Assembly: GCF_006345805.1 (NCBI RefSeq)
Contig: NC_042999.1
Location: 38,688,001 to 38,752,000, forward strand
Source of the DNA: Octopus sinensis
Taxonomy: Eukaryota
Length of the DNA: 64,000 bases
Reading direction: 5' to 3'
In this document: positions 13,356-28,096 of the stretch, one piece after another
Layout: each line of letters opens with the position of its first letter
Position numbering within the stretch: position 1 is the stretch's first letter
Program-made: the position numbers and the translations under genes
The notes under the pieces: model-generated
Database searches by the model: none
What the model was told of the DNA's origin: nothing
Seen by the model: only the letters and a program-made list of their open reading frames with translations

Positions 13356-14272
13356 AAATGATTGGGAGTGAAGGACCCTTAGTTCTTAGCAGAACTTCCT
13401 TCTGGGAGAAGGTCAGCTCTTACAATAAAAGCTGATGTCATTTAGTTTTTCGTCGGTAGAGCCATTGTTGTTCCACTGGTATGCTGAGAAATGGGCTAGT
13501 GCTGTACAATTCTTTATCTACCCAATACAATTTAATGCACATGAATTTCTTTGAATTTCGAACGACGTTTGCACAGAATTATTGTGTTTAGGAGGCGGTC
13601 TTACTCACTCGTGAATCGACTTCCAACATATATATGTATATAACTTTGTAATTTATATATATATATATATATATTATTTTTGCCAATAGATTTAAAAGCG
13701 TTCTGAAAAGTTTCTTTACAATGTTGTCATATCGAACCACATCGAATGATATTTTATAAAGATCTCAACGATTTCTGTTCAAAATAGGAATAATAACGTT
13801 TATTTCAGTATAACTTCGTTGCATTCCCACATGTGTACCTTGTATGTTATGATGAATAATGTCAGAAACTCCGCGTTTTATTGACGTTACTACAATTGCT
13901 TGTGTTGATGCGGTACAAATAATAACGTTACTACTTACTACCCCTTCGAGGTAAATTCGCGAACCATGGAAAATTAGGGGAAGTTTATAGTAGCGAACAT
14001 TAATCCAGAACGGATTTCATGAGAGACTTCGATGTATTTAGTTGAGTGTTTTGAAGTGTTAAAGAAGATGAGCTTTCGTATTTCTGCTATTGGCTTTGGT
14101 TTTCAGCAAATAAATGTGACAGTGTAATTTCTGTAGCTAATCCGAACATGATAACAGCGACCACGGTTATACAAATCCATTAAACTCTCTCGCTATCGTG
14201 ATGGTTGATCTCTGTAACCTTATCACAAGGCGGCAATTAATTCTGGCACATTCAAGAATCTATATATTAGAA

Positions 14273-14348
<76 letters not shown>

Positions 14349-14362
14349 TTACTACTACTAAG
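14273..14362. repeat. (CTA)n microsatellite
   Basis: Directly visible. Confidence 0.97.
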
Positions 14363-14684
14363 TAGTAAAACACTGGTTGTTTTGCGAATGAATTATCCTT
14401 CATTCAGTTATACATTTAATTTCCTATGCCGCTACGCCAGACTCGATGAAATATTATCCCGTTAATAGTTTCTTAGAAAACAACTTATAAATTATATAAC
14501 TCAACTGTATGAATTTAAAGAAAAAGACTTTTGGTATGTTATTCAAAGGAAACTAAATTTTCAATGGCTTCTGAAAAGGATAGTATTTAAATAAAAATCC
14601 TTATTGAATTAAAGTTATATATTGAAATATTTCGTTTTTAGATTTGGTTTGCAAGATTCTTTATTTGAGTTCGTGTGTGGAAGC

Positions 14685-14949
14685 ATATTCTGTTGTGCCT
14701 GGGGAGGGTCATTTTATTTTTGTGCCTTATGATTTAACACACTCACCGGTAAAATTTCCACTTATTTCTAATTTTTATTCTCCGAAAATTTTCGTTGCGT
14801 CTTGCAACCTTTTCAATAGTTTTGAGTGTATAGTCTTGACGAAAATTTTAGGAGAATAAAAATAAGAAATAAGTGGAAATTTTACCGGTGAGTGTGATAA
14901 ATCATAAGGCACAAAAAGAAAATGACTCTCCCCAGACACAACAGAATAT
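14685..14949. repeat. Fold-back element (arms 14685-14795 and 14839-14949)
   Basis: 111-bp arms are near-perfect reverse complements, including a long exact block around CACACTCACCGGTAAAATTTCCACTTATTTCT. Confidence 0.92.
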
Positions 14950-15623
14950 TGAAATATTGTTCTTAAGAACATGGAAGCAATTGCTTCGTTAAATCATAAA
15001 TACTGAATACAAACTAACTATACTGTACCGACAATTATCATAGATATATGAAAAGGTACTGAGAATATACAACATACAATATTGAGATATGGCATTGTAA
15101 TTTCGTAAATTACATCTATAGAGGTGACACAATTTTACTACTTCCAGGTTGTAAGACAATTTTATCTCCTCCCAATTTATTAATGGCCCAATATCATTCA
15201 ATATCGTGTGCGAGTATTTGTGCTTGCTTGTGTTTGTGCATGTAAGTTTACGTATATTCTGAAGTCGTGTGTTCGAATAGGATGTATATGAAATTATTAG
15301 ATACCTTGTAGAAAACAAAGTGATTATGGGAGAGTATTTGTCTGAAATGTTAGCACATTTCTTTAGAGTCAGCAGTATCGATCAGGTAATCAAAGAGAAA
15401 TGTAATTGAATTTGGGAGTTGCAATTCGGCATTTGGTTAAGATTAATTGATTTGGAATCATTCCATCGTTGAAAACCACATAGGTTTAGTACAAAGGATA
15501 ACGTCCATAATATACAGACTACAAACAGTCTCTCGGAAATGTTCGCGACGCGACGGAGTAGGGAAGCTCTCCATATGTTGCTTTCGATATTAAAACATTA
15601 GAGATTTGTCAATTTGTCAACTA

Positions 15624-15625
15624 CA

Positions 15626-15712
<87 letters not shown>

Positions 15713-15722
15713 ATATCTACCT
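15624..15722. repeat. (CTAT)n microsatellite
   Basis: Directly visible. Confidence 0.97.
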
Positions 15723-16960
15723 ATCTAGCTAGCTAACTGTCTGTCTGTAAGTATATATACATATATACGTGCATGTATGTATGCGTGAATGTACACACAC
15801 ACGCACACATGCGAACACACAAATACACACACACGTGTATATGTATATGTTTGTGTCTATGAGTGTATACATATCTCCGAATGGTAAATGAATCCGCTCC
15901 GCTGGCTGAATATACCCCAGGTCAAGTGGGGTAATTAAACTTCTACATGATCAATGGGATCAGCAAATGTCTGCAGTACAGCCCCTCATATAGGAATTGT
16001 GAAAATCTTCCACCGTCACCAAATCAATTTTACCTCTTAAAGTTCTCTTAACTTCTCTCTCGCTACAGTCTTACAATACAGATACAGAATTCAGTCTACA
16101 AAATTCAGCAATAAACATGAAATAATTATTTTAGAAAAAAATCATTGAATTTGGAATGCAGTTACTACAAAACATTTCTTAATTACAATTAACGTTGTTG
16201 AATACTAATCGCATTTTGATGTAACTATTACATTGATATAGCTTCGCATAACCGAATAACAAAATGACAGTGTGACAACATGTGTAATTAGATACAAAAC
16301 ACAAAATAAATATTGCAAAACAAGCTAGCAGACGAAATGAGATTATACTTTTCGAGCAGAGATAAGAAGAATTCATTAGCTATCGAGAATTATATGAAAG
16401 AATTATATGAATCGTATTAACTAGAAAAAAGAGAACAAAAAAAAGCACACGAAAATAGATAGACCTACGTCATGTCTGCGAATTGAAGTATACACATCCA
16501 CCTCGAAATCAATATCAATAAAAGATCATTACGACATATAATTTGTATATGAAAAGGATCTAAGTTTGAGGGTGATAATTCAATAATTCGACTAGACGTC
16601 ACCCAGTCTGAAACGCAGATTTAACTGTAAGATATCCACGTATGACTGTAAGGTATTCAGTCTCTCTGATCGTAGACATCATGCTGGATATAACCTCACA
16701 AGCTCATACTACCGAAATAGTTAAATATTTTTATGCCCAATCAAACTACATCGTGGAAATATTACTCTATAATACACATTTATTGCTTTACATAGCCAGC
16801 CATTTATTCTAGACCCCACTATCAACAAGAATTCATGAAATTGTTACACTTTGAACACAATAAAATTTTAGTTTAAACTGATATTATATGGATATAAAAT
16901 CTATGTTGAGTTAAGTTATGCTATAACAATTATATGTATATCTTCAGATGTGTGCCCCCA

Positions 16961-17190
<230 letters not shown>

Positions 17191-17274
17191 CTATATGTAT
17201 ATGTATGTGTACGTAACTGTAATATGATATAAAATATGTATTTGTATTTAATATAACGTAACACGTATATTACA

Positions 17275-17333
<59 letters not shown>

Positions 17334-17880
17334 AGTTATGTCAGTGAGTTATTAATATATCGACCATGATGAATTATATTTATTATGAAACTTCTTAAAA
17401 GAAAACTGTCATGGCCGTTGGTTCTGATGCGAGAAAAATAAGACCAAAATAATGCAAAAAATAAACTAGGAAAAGAAATACTGAATGGAATATATTTAAA
17501 ATGCAACAAAACAAAATAGCAGAAAGCATCAAAGAAACTAAGATTTTCTGGAAACTTAGTAATCAAATGAGAATCCTATTCTTCAGGATACATGTTAAGG
17601 TCTATTGGTAATAACTACTAAGGAAATTAGTTGGACATATGAAAAGAGTATACATGTTATAACTTGTAACCATCTTACTATTGTGACGAGGATATGATTT
17701 CCTGAATATTTCGGTCTCTTTCGGAGCAATTAAGAGCGTTTGCTGAGCAATTTCCTCACATATCTTAAGCGTAACTAAAAGGGCCACAACACATAAGAGA
17801 TAGGGAATATATATGACAATGTATAAATACATACCTATATATGCATAAATGATATATATGCATACATATATACATACATG

Positions 17881-18510
<630 letters not shown>

Positions 18511-20052
18511 TTATGTATCGAATTCTTTATAGTATTTAAGAGGATTACGGCAATATAACTAGTTATTGATGATTTCAGTGACGTTCGTCCCAAACTCAAT
18601 GCCAGCATACAAAAGTTTAGTACACTTCTGAATACAGTATCATCCCAAAACCTGACATGACATACATTTGCAACTTCGCAAAAACTAAATCTAATGATAT
18701 TAGATATATCTATAGATATAACTGAATTTATACATTACATGTTTTCTTTGATTAATTAACGGAATAACAGTATATAGATATTATATCACAGCAGAAATTA
18801 CTCATTTCTATACTTAAATAAATTGAATGAGCAAATTGTTGGACGAACTTCGAACCAAAACTATTGCATGATAAAAGAATTATATTAATGGTTGATGATT
18901 GTGATTTTGTTATAAAATATGTGAACTGTGCAAAAATAAATGTAATTGACATTATTCTTCGAATACTTCAGCGAGCATCTTTTGTAACATTAGACGTGAT
19001 TCAGTATGCTACTGTTGTTTCAATATAAGGCCACCCGTATCCAAATCTCAGCGGTTATTGAAGCAAATATTGTATTCAAATTGTAAGTTCCTTATGAGGT
19101 ACTATTGTAAAGAATATAAACAATTGAAATATATTCTTAATAAGATGTTTCATGTGAATATTATAACGTTTTCAATGGTTCCATTTGAATTTGCATTGAA
19201 TTGATAAAGTTGGTAACTAACGTTTTCATAATTCCACTCAACGAGTGTTCAACGATAATATGAAGATATTCGTGAAGTAAACAAGGGCTCAACAATGTCA
19301 GAATGGATTTGTAAAGCAGGAAGAAATGCCATTTACTTATAGTGGTTTTACAAATACAAAACAGATAAGCAGATGCTAAAATCTCTCTAATAAAAACTAA
19401 AACAGGAAAAAATATTTGGGCAGTTAAAGAAGCAGACTTTCTTGAAGATGTATAATCTTTAAAATAGAGTAATCGACTAGCGTAATAGAATAAAGACGAT
19501 ATCATGCCGTATGACATAACCCTTCAATTTACAACATTTTGTACGTTAGAGAAGCACGCCTACCATTGTGTGACATCTGAAGACAATAGCTGAAAAAGTA
19601 ATTTTCGAGAAATAATGTTGAATAAATAGTTTTCTACTGAGATTGAAGCACATGTTTGGATGATAACGTTTCATTCTAAAGAAAATTCTGGCGAGAGATG
19701 AAAAGATTCAACCTAGATTAGGTGTATCTTGATGAGACCCTGAAGAAATATTATCTCCTCATGACAAAAGCGTAGTACATCAGAAGTTGACAAAAAATAA
19801 ATGTGGAATGTGAAATCACCGGAAAGGACATGTAGGCTGCAAGTACAAGAACTGCCCTAGCGTTTGAAAGCCATTTTTCAATGGCAATATAAATGTGACA
19901 AATTGGTTGTAAGAAGCAGAATGAAATCTGATACTAAATCGCACACGAAATGCAAACGTATAGAAAAGAAAGTGTAACAGTTTACATTTAAGACAGCAAT
20001 AGGAAACCACTGCATTGAGTAGTAAGTTTCTTCAGCTCTTTAAATTGTGAGA

Positions 20053-20117
20053 TCAAATGCCGCTGTAGTCAACTTTACCTTTCATCCGTTTGAGATCTTA
20101 AAATAAAGTACCAGTCA
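20053..20117 (+). mobile_element. SINE family B fragment, degenerate
   Basis: TCAAATGCCGCTGTAGTCAACTTTACCTTTCATCC...AAGTACCAGT aligns with the family B body at 42790-42850. Confidence 0.55.
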
Positions 20118-20995
20118 ATTACCACACTTTAAAATGTTTATCTTTTTGCTAAAAGTAGAAAGCATTCTATTGAAGGTATTCCTTTATTGAACTATCTCTC
20201 GTCTGCTAAAATAGAATTTGATGGCCCCGGTGCGATTGAAATGTTGCCTACAGGACAAAATAAATGTCGATAGATTTATTAAATGCTACTAACTAGAATT
20301 ATCAAAAATGACCAGCAAAGTAAATTTAGTAGCTGAGTGATCAAAACAATTAATAAATTCAAATACTTAGATGCTTACAAACCACAGTATATGAACGAAT
20401 TATATAGCAAAATATATTTTTACATGTTATTTGCTACAGTGTTTGTTTTGTATCTTTTACAACTTTCTAGAAAGACTTGATTTTCATATTTTAAAAGTCT
20501 TACCTTTTGTCTTATAAAGTCTTGCGTCCCTGCAACGAATTATAGACAATTTCATTCAGAAAAATAGCTTAGAATATTTGTTCGCGTATTTGAATGGCAT
20601 CATAATGCGAGCTATAATCAGCTCTAATAAAACTATAACGAAACTTAAGCACAGCGGTTGCAATGATAAGACGCAATAATTCGCATAATAAAATGCAATA
20701 ACTTTTCAATTACCATGTAAATATACCGATATGTTATTTTTTTCAATTTCGGTATTTCAAATTGCGCACTGGTCCCCTTTCCTTTAACTCCGTTTGTTTA
20801 GAATGCTAATAATAAATTTTTATTTCAAGTTTGTTTGTGTATTTTATCAGAGAATATCCCTCTGGCAGTAGGGTGATACGATGTTCCGTGATATAAAAGC
20901 TGCAATTAGGAAACTTGTTTATCCTGAGTATACGACTAGTAACCAAGAGATTAATTTGAATAAAAACTGCAGGCATGAAAGAGTGAGAGGCACCA

Positions 20996-21790
20996 TTCAT
21001 CCCAAGGTAAATGTGGATGTTTTATCAGAACAAATTTTCCAGCAATAGTAACCATCAGAGAAATTCCCATATCGGTTTTTGCTGCAAAATGCACTCTTAT
21101 TTATATCGTATGTGCGGAGTTAAATTCCCGCTGCCTCCAGCGCCGAGACCGCCAGCTCAGACGATTTCGACCTTCCTTGGTCTTGTCAATGATGCACGCT
21201 CGACCGCTAGTGATAGCAGCGACTCATCTCCTCACCAGCGATATTGAAAACCTGTTTCAGGACAGGCGCTGGTTTCTTCTCGCTAGCGATATAAAGAGGA
21301 GTGCATTTTGCACTAAAAACCAATACGAGAGTTTCGCTCATGGTAACCACCGCAGTGAAGTTTGTTCTGACAGAACATCTACGCTTATGTGGGGTTAAAT
21401 ATTAACCCCTACTTTCCCGGTATTAATACTGCATCTGTCGTTAATATATATTTTTTAACAAACTCACTAGCTAATCGCGAAACCAACACCTATCCTGGCA
21501 CTGATTTTCTATATCGCTGGCGAGGAGATGAATCATTAGCGTTCGAGCATCCATCAGTGACGAGGCCAAGGAAGGTCATAATCACGTGATCTGATGTAAT
21601 TGACGCTTGAGGTGGCGGGAATGTATCTCCCGCAAGGGATATAAAAAAAGAATGCATTTTGAACCAGAAGTCAATATGAGAATTTCTCTCATGCTATCTA
21701 ACGCAGAGCATTCACGTTTAAGTGGGGATAAATTTTAAATTTCGACATAAATACTGCCTCTGTCGCTAATAAATATATTTAAAAAAAACG
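20996..21790. mobile_element. Compound MITE-like structure with three copies of a terminal repeat and an inverted core
   Basis: 20996-21110 is the reverse complement of 21285-21398. 21635-21785 directly repeats 21290-21450. 21100-21278 is the reverse complement of 21480-21635. Confidence 0.75.
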
Positions 21791-21804
21791 TGAAAGACTT
21801 TTGC

Positions 21805-22065
21805 AGTCTGTTTTACCCAACTGCTAAGTTACGGGGACGTAAACACACCAGCACCGGTTGACAAACGTTGGTGGGAGACAAACACAGACAAACAGATATA
21901 TATACTTAGATATCTACGACGGGCTATTATAGGTTTCCGGCTACCAAATCCACTCACAAGACTTTGGTCAGCCCGAGCCTATAGTAGAAGACACTTGGCC
22001 AAGGTGTCACGCAGTTAGACTCAATCTGGAACCATGTGGTCAGGAAGCAAACTTCTTACTACATG
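21805..22065 (-). mobile_element. SINE family A, truncated at both ends
   Basis: GCTAAGTTACGGGGACGTAAACACACCAGCACCGGTTG...CTACCAAATCCACTCACAAG...AGAAGACACTTGGCCAAGGTG. Confidence 0.88.
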
Positions 22066-22079
22066 TTAGGCCAGCGACT

Positions 22080-22170
22080 TGTAGAAGACACTTGCCCAAG
22101 ATACCAGGCAGTGAGATTGAATCCAGAACCATGTGGTTGGTAAGCATGCTTCTTAGAACACACCCACGTC
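22080..22170 (-). mobile_element. SINE family A head fragment
   Basis: GTAGAAGACACTTGCCCAAG...AACCATGTGGTTGGTAAGCA. Confidence 0.8.
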
Positions 22171-22311
22171 TCCGATGGAATTTGGACTGAAATAACGCGT
22201 GTGTGTACTAATATCCGGAATCTTAACACAGAAATACATACCTAACATTTACAGAGATCGTGATATAGAATTACTGTTTTTTTTTTTTTTTATATAGAAT
22301 GCCTATGTGTC

Positions 22312-22554
22312 TATTATCTTCTACTTGTTTCAGTCATTTGACTGTTGGCAATCTGGAACACCACCTCGGAGTGATTAGTGGAAGAAATCGACCCCAAGAA
22401 TTATTCTTTTAAGCCTAGTACTTATTCTATCGGTTTCTTTTACCGAACCGCTAAGTTACGGAGACAGAAACACACCAAAACCTGTTGTCAAGCGGTGTGG
22501 TAACGTGATAAACAGGCACAGAAATACACACACATATTTATCTATCTGCCTCTC

Positions 22555-22633
<79 letters not shown>

Positions 22634-22803
22634 ATGTATGTATATACACACACACGACGGGCTTCTTTCATCAGTTTTCGTCTACAAAATCCACTCACAA
22701 GGCTTCGGTTGGCTCGAGGCTATAGTAAAAACCACCTGCTCACGATGCCACTGAGAGGGACCGAACCAGGAATCATCTGGTTTGGAAGCAACCTTCTTAC
22801 CAG
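22312..22803 (-). mobile_element. SINE family A, near full length
   Basis: All family A blocks are present in reverse, with an internal (CT)n/(TA)n tract. Confidence 0.9.
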
Positions 22804-24009
22804 GTTTTCGGTCATTTTTGTCCATCCAATATGAAACTCGGAAGACGATATCTATCCTGGTAGTCTTTAAAATGATGATTGATATCAAGTAAACGTAATA
22901 GTGTTAGTTATTCATCTGGGCCTCTTTTATTTCTGTCAATTAAACGTTTTCGTAAATCAATGACAATAATACGTTAATGATGCTGAAGTTTCAAACTGTC
23001 AGTATTAGTAAATTCACAGAAAGTTAGAACGCTTCATATTTTCGATCTCAATTAAAGACATTTGTCTATTATAACCTAGTGTACCACTAACTATGCACTA
23101 TAACAATCTGGAAATGTGAAGTCTACAAGTAAATATTTTAAAGAACAGAAAGTTCGATGTTTTCAGAGTTGACAGATGAGATTATAATTTTAAGGAAGAG
23201 TATTGTGGTGTTGTGACATTATCACATCTCAAGTAAGTTTACTTCACTATTTCCAAAGCAAATAATGAGGTATATTGATTAGTTTTTATCATGTTATGAA
23301 TGAGGTCTGTAGTAGATGGCACCTCTACAGATATACTGTAATTTTCTTGTATTGAAACATATCAATGGTGCAAATGAATTTAACATGTCTGCCGAGAATA
23401 TATTTTGATTATATACATTGTCATAATAAGCGCGCTAACAGTAATATATTGAATTGCACTCTCCTATCGATTGTGGAAATGTGACGGTGGTGTATTTTCT
23501 TAAAGGCAGATGAAACATTTCTCGAGTTACAGTAGAAGAGATTATAGTAACTTTGCATAATTGAACTATGAAACCGAATATTTATGCAAGTTCTGTGTTG
23601 TAGGAGACCACCGAACTGGAAGTGCTTTATATTTTCAGTTATTAATTGAAAATAACTCATCTCGCGACATTCATTGTGAGTAAATCTATGCTACAATATT
23701 TAATGTTTGAAGCTTAGCTATAAAGCCGCCTGTATGATTTGTAACATAACAATATAAGAAGAATTTTTATTTTAGCACAAGGCCGGCGATTTCGACCACA
23801 ATATACATGTAATCTGAAGATTAGTTTTTCGACTCCGTAAGGAAAAAATTGACCCCAGTCTATAAATCAGAAGGTAAAATCCTGGAACAAATACCGAAAA
23901 CCATATATCCGTTGCACAGAAGCGACCGGATAATTTCGATATGACAGTGTCACCGAACGTTAAGTGCAGTTGGCGACTATTTAGCAAGGGATTAAATTCA
24001 GACGTGAGG

Positions 24010-24340
24010 AAATGGTCAATAAGGCTTCAGAATGATTGAAGCTGTTTAGGATGTAAAACGGTGATGCTTGGAGAGGATTGTTCCAGTTGATATAAACGTT
24101 TGTGATGGAAAAGGACTACGATTTCTGCAGTGGTTGCATCACTTTGTTACAGCTGTGAATCACGCAAAAATCATTTGTCAATATTAAAGTTACCGTACAG
24201 AATGAATTTAGAGAGGCGTGAGTATAGACAAATATATCAAATGCAAGACAAAGTGTGCTTAAATCGTGCTGATGACTGGGTGAGCTGGGAATTTCGTAGA
24301 AGCAGTTGTATTTGAAGCGTTGTTGAGTGAGATTTGAGTC
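24010..24340 (-). mobile_element. Possible CR1/L2-like LINE 3' end remnant
   Basis: The translation SFSITNVYINWNNPLQ...ILNSF resembles the FS.RV.N.WN.LP...LNSFK tail of these clades; weak. Confidence 0.35.
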
Positions 24341-25895
24341 TATACAATGGGAAACATTTATCAACGACCAGCACGTAAAACACTTGAACTACAGTTACGT
24401 GTCAAATACATATGAGTAGACACCGTATTTCAAATCAAATTTTGAGTAATTGTAAGAGGCAGAAAGTAAGAGAATGTGTAGCGCAGAATGTGGTTTGCGG
24501 TTACCTTTTATTAAGACAAAAGCTATGGGGTCTGGACTGAATCAAAATTTATGCATCCTAATGCGAAGGAGAAATTTTCCTACCATTATACTTTTAGATT
24601 TGCCCTCTAGGAAGCTTCAGCATATATTAATGGGACATTAATTACAATAATATATTAAAAATACATCTCGGTTCGGATTTCAGCTTTGATATTTCAGTTG
24701 CTCAACAATATAAAATACCTGCCTAGTCAATAAGGTGGAGTCATAGAGGCAGTGTACGATAAACTGAAGCTTCCAATCACAGATTTAAGCATCCAATAGG
24801 TTTCTATAAAGATTCTATCAACTAAATTTCGCTTGAAAGTGTTGATTGCACTTAAATTACAAATGCATAATATGCCATGCTGCAAGATCGATCTTGAGAT
24901 TTCGTGAGCAAGAAGTGAACATCATTACTATTTTGTCATAGTGCGTGTACCTGTTTTTGTTATTCGAATTCAGCCTGATGAAGAATTCTTCCTTCACGAT
25001 TAACAAGAATTAATTCTGACCTCTACTTTTCATTAATTTTGTAACCGTGTATGGCGAGGAAGTGAAATTAGTTCTTATCTAACTTAACGTTATGAATGTT
25101 ATAATTAATTAATATAAACAATTTATTATAGTTATGATAAATTATATTTATACGTTCTAAGGAATTATACAGGGGCTGCTAAAAGGACGATAAATGAGAG
25201 AGTAGAACCTCGTTCATTTAATCTAATAAATGAAGGAGATCTCGGATAAAGTAATTTCGGATAAAGTGCATATTACGTAAAACGTTTACTGTTTATATAG
25301 GTTCTGAAAGTACGTGTGTAGATTTCCTGTGAATATAAAATCAGCTGGGTATATGTTTATTTATTTCATGTTTAATATACGAAGATGGGGACGTATATTT
25401 ACAGAAGAATAGTATAAATAGGCATTCATTATTTTTTTCAATGAATTAGAGGATTACATGGAGCTGAATTACTTCATCAACGCAAGTGCCACGTAGTGGA
25501 TTACCATTTAATCTACTAAGTGTTCTAATAGCGTGAATATATAAACTTCGAAGTATTTGACATACCGGCTAATTACGTTTCATTGATATAAATCGGTTAA
25601 TGTTATACACTTTCGCAAGCATACATTTGTGTACCGATCTCTCTATATACATACTTGCACCAAATACAAGATCAAATACTGTGGTAGCTTGAAACTCATT
25701 AGATCTATAGCTCTTTAATTTATTCCTGAAAGATTTGAGAGACCTACATGGGCAGATGTATAAGCCTACAAAGCAGAATTGGATAACTTACTATCAAGCG
25801 TCCTACATAAAATAAATGATACAATAAAAAGAATGAATACCGAAAAAGCAGTTTCCCAGCATAGTCGTATGTTTCGGGCTGAAATATGGAAACAA

Positions 25896-25971
<76 letters not shown>

Positions 25972-25973
<2 letters not shown>

Positions 25974-26180
25974 ATACAGACATGGACAAAGAGAAAACAC
26001 AACAACGCGAAGACGTCGAACAAGTAGAGTGAGTGTTATTGGTGGCTCTGGAGAGGAAAGGAAGAAGGAGGATTTTAACGTTTCTGGCGATGCTCTTCGT
26101 CAGAAACATAGAAAAAGGAAAGGTCCAAGGAAGGGAAGACGGAGAAAGAAAATCACCAACGATACACACGCGGTCACACA
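25972..26180 (-). mobile_element. Penelope-like terminal repeat with a decayed minimal hammerhead (26073-26106)
   Basis: Minus strand: ttt-CTGACGA-A-GAGC-atc-GCCA-GAAACGTT-aaa, with a purine-rich flank on the plus strand and microsatellites on both sides. Confidence 0.6.
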
Positions 26181-26244
26181 TATATATATATATAAATGTG
26201 TGTCTATGTGTATTTATGCGCTGACACAAGCACGCACGCACTCA

Positions 26245-26280
<36 letters not shown>

Positions 26281-27839
26281 TATACAATATGCACGATTGC
26301 TTTGTGCAGCAACACCCGTCAGCTTTCGTGTTAAATTACGAAAATATGCGTGTGGTATGATCCATGTTATCACTCAGTCAATTATAATTTCCGATCAACA
26401 AATTTTAGTTTAATATTAACGTATTACAATTAACATATTATAATACAAACATTAAGGCATTTATACCTCTCTACAAAATTAATATGTTGTGAGAATACAT
26501 TTAAAGGCTTTTACCCTTTCTACGATGGATTTTCGATTGCTTTTACGTTGTTGTTACAAAAACGAAACTCTACTCGCATATAGTTTGGCAGACCCCAGTA
26601 AGTTTCAATGTTTAAGCAGTGGTGAAAATGCAGTTGATTAGCTTATTACTATGATATTTCAAAGAAAGATTTTTACAATCCATTGAATTTCCCGTATTCT
26701 GTGAGATATACTGTATCATTTGGGAGAACTAATTGGATGAATCCAACATTCATTAGAAACTTACCCCAGTACATCTCTGGAAATATGATATGATATACAT
26801 TAATCATAAGATCCTTCCCTAATATAGAAAGCGTATAGCAGTCTGTATCTATATATCTATTTTATTTATATTCATAAAGTGCTTTGCATATATACAGATA
26901 AATACAAATATATGCAGACAAATACAAAAAGGAAAGAATTACAAAACGTGTCTATGTGTGTGTATATAAATATATATATATAAAATATATGTGTGTGTGT
27001 GTGTGTGTACATGTGTATGTATGTATAATGAAGTGTAACTACTTCTACTATGCAAGGGCTTATATGATGTATATAACGACCATGAGTGAAAGTGCAATTA
27101 AATTACAAACCACGAGGATATAATGACTCTTATAACTTGATATTTAAAGATAAACTAAAATATCATATTACATAGATTTTTGTTAGTAATTTTTTCATCG
27201 TTAAACTTGTTTGGCAAATTACTAGTAACGAAATGTGTTGTAATTATAGCGTACCAACCATTAGTGATTATCTACAGAGTGATTTCTATCAAATTGATGT
27301 AAGACGTTTTCTATTCAAATCATTAAAAAAGAAACCAGTGAGCAAAATTACAATAATTATTCAATGTAGTATAATTTTTGCCATACGGTTACAACAGTTG
27401 TTATCATATCAATAAGAATTTTGATATAATACTAAATTGCTTTCGATTCTTTATTCTTTAAAGCATATCGATTTTAATTATGTTATATTGACAATAGCAT
27501 TGCTGTCATTTTAAAAGTGAAGTAAGAAAAGCATTTAAAAATAAAAGTAAAATAATATATATTCAGATTTGAACAACATGATATTTTATGAAAGAGTCAG
27601 TTTTTGTAAGAATTTAATTTTACTGTACAGTACATATACAGTCACAGTACATAATTACGTACATGCATACATATAAAGACACACACATATATATACACAC
27701 ACAAAGACAGAGATATTCTCATGCACAGACATATATATATATACGCACACAATTTTACACATATACGCATACGCACACCCATACACAGGTGTATAATACG
27801 ATTATAAAAATGAAAACCAAGGTTGTAGGTTGAGATTTA

Positions 27840-28020
27840 CTTCTTTTCATCAACGATTACCAAGACTACACCTTTAGCTGTGAACATATCATCATCTTGC
27901 TTCATTCCTTAGCTCAGTTCCTTCCATCCTGTATGATATTTGCTGTCCATTTATCCAATTCAGCAATTGCTTAAACATATTGATTTCTATCATCCGCTCA
28001 AACATCTCCATATACCAGTT
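27840..28020 (-). mobile_element. Possible RTE-like LINE 3' end remnant
   Basis: WYMEMFERMIEINMFKQLLNW loosely resembles the WFGHV.RM...R..KQLL.W tail. Confidence 0.25.
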
Positions 28021-28027
28021 TAAAATA

Positions 28028-28089
<62 letters not shown>

Positions 28090-28096
<7 letters not shown>

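Noticed and set aside
18900-19320. Possible PLE RT remnant (SFVTLDV, NKGSTM)
   Set aside because: Two short motif resemblances without a supporting frame; could be chance.
24975-25000. CTGATGA motif
   Set aside because: No downstream GAAA with a pairing stem II.
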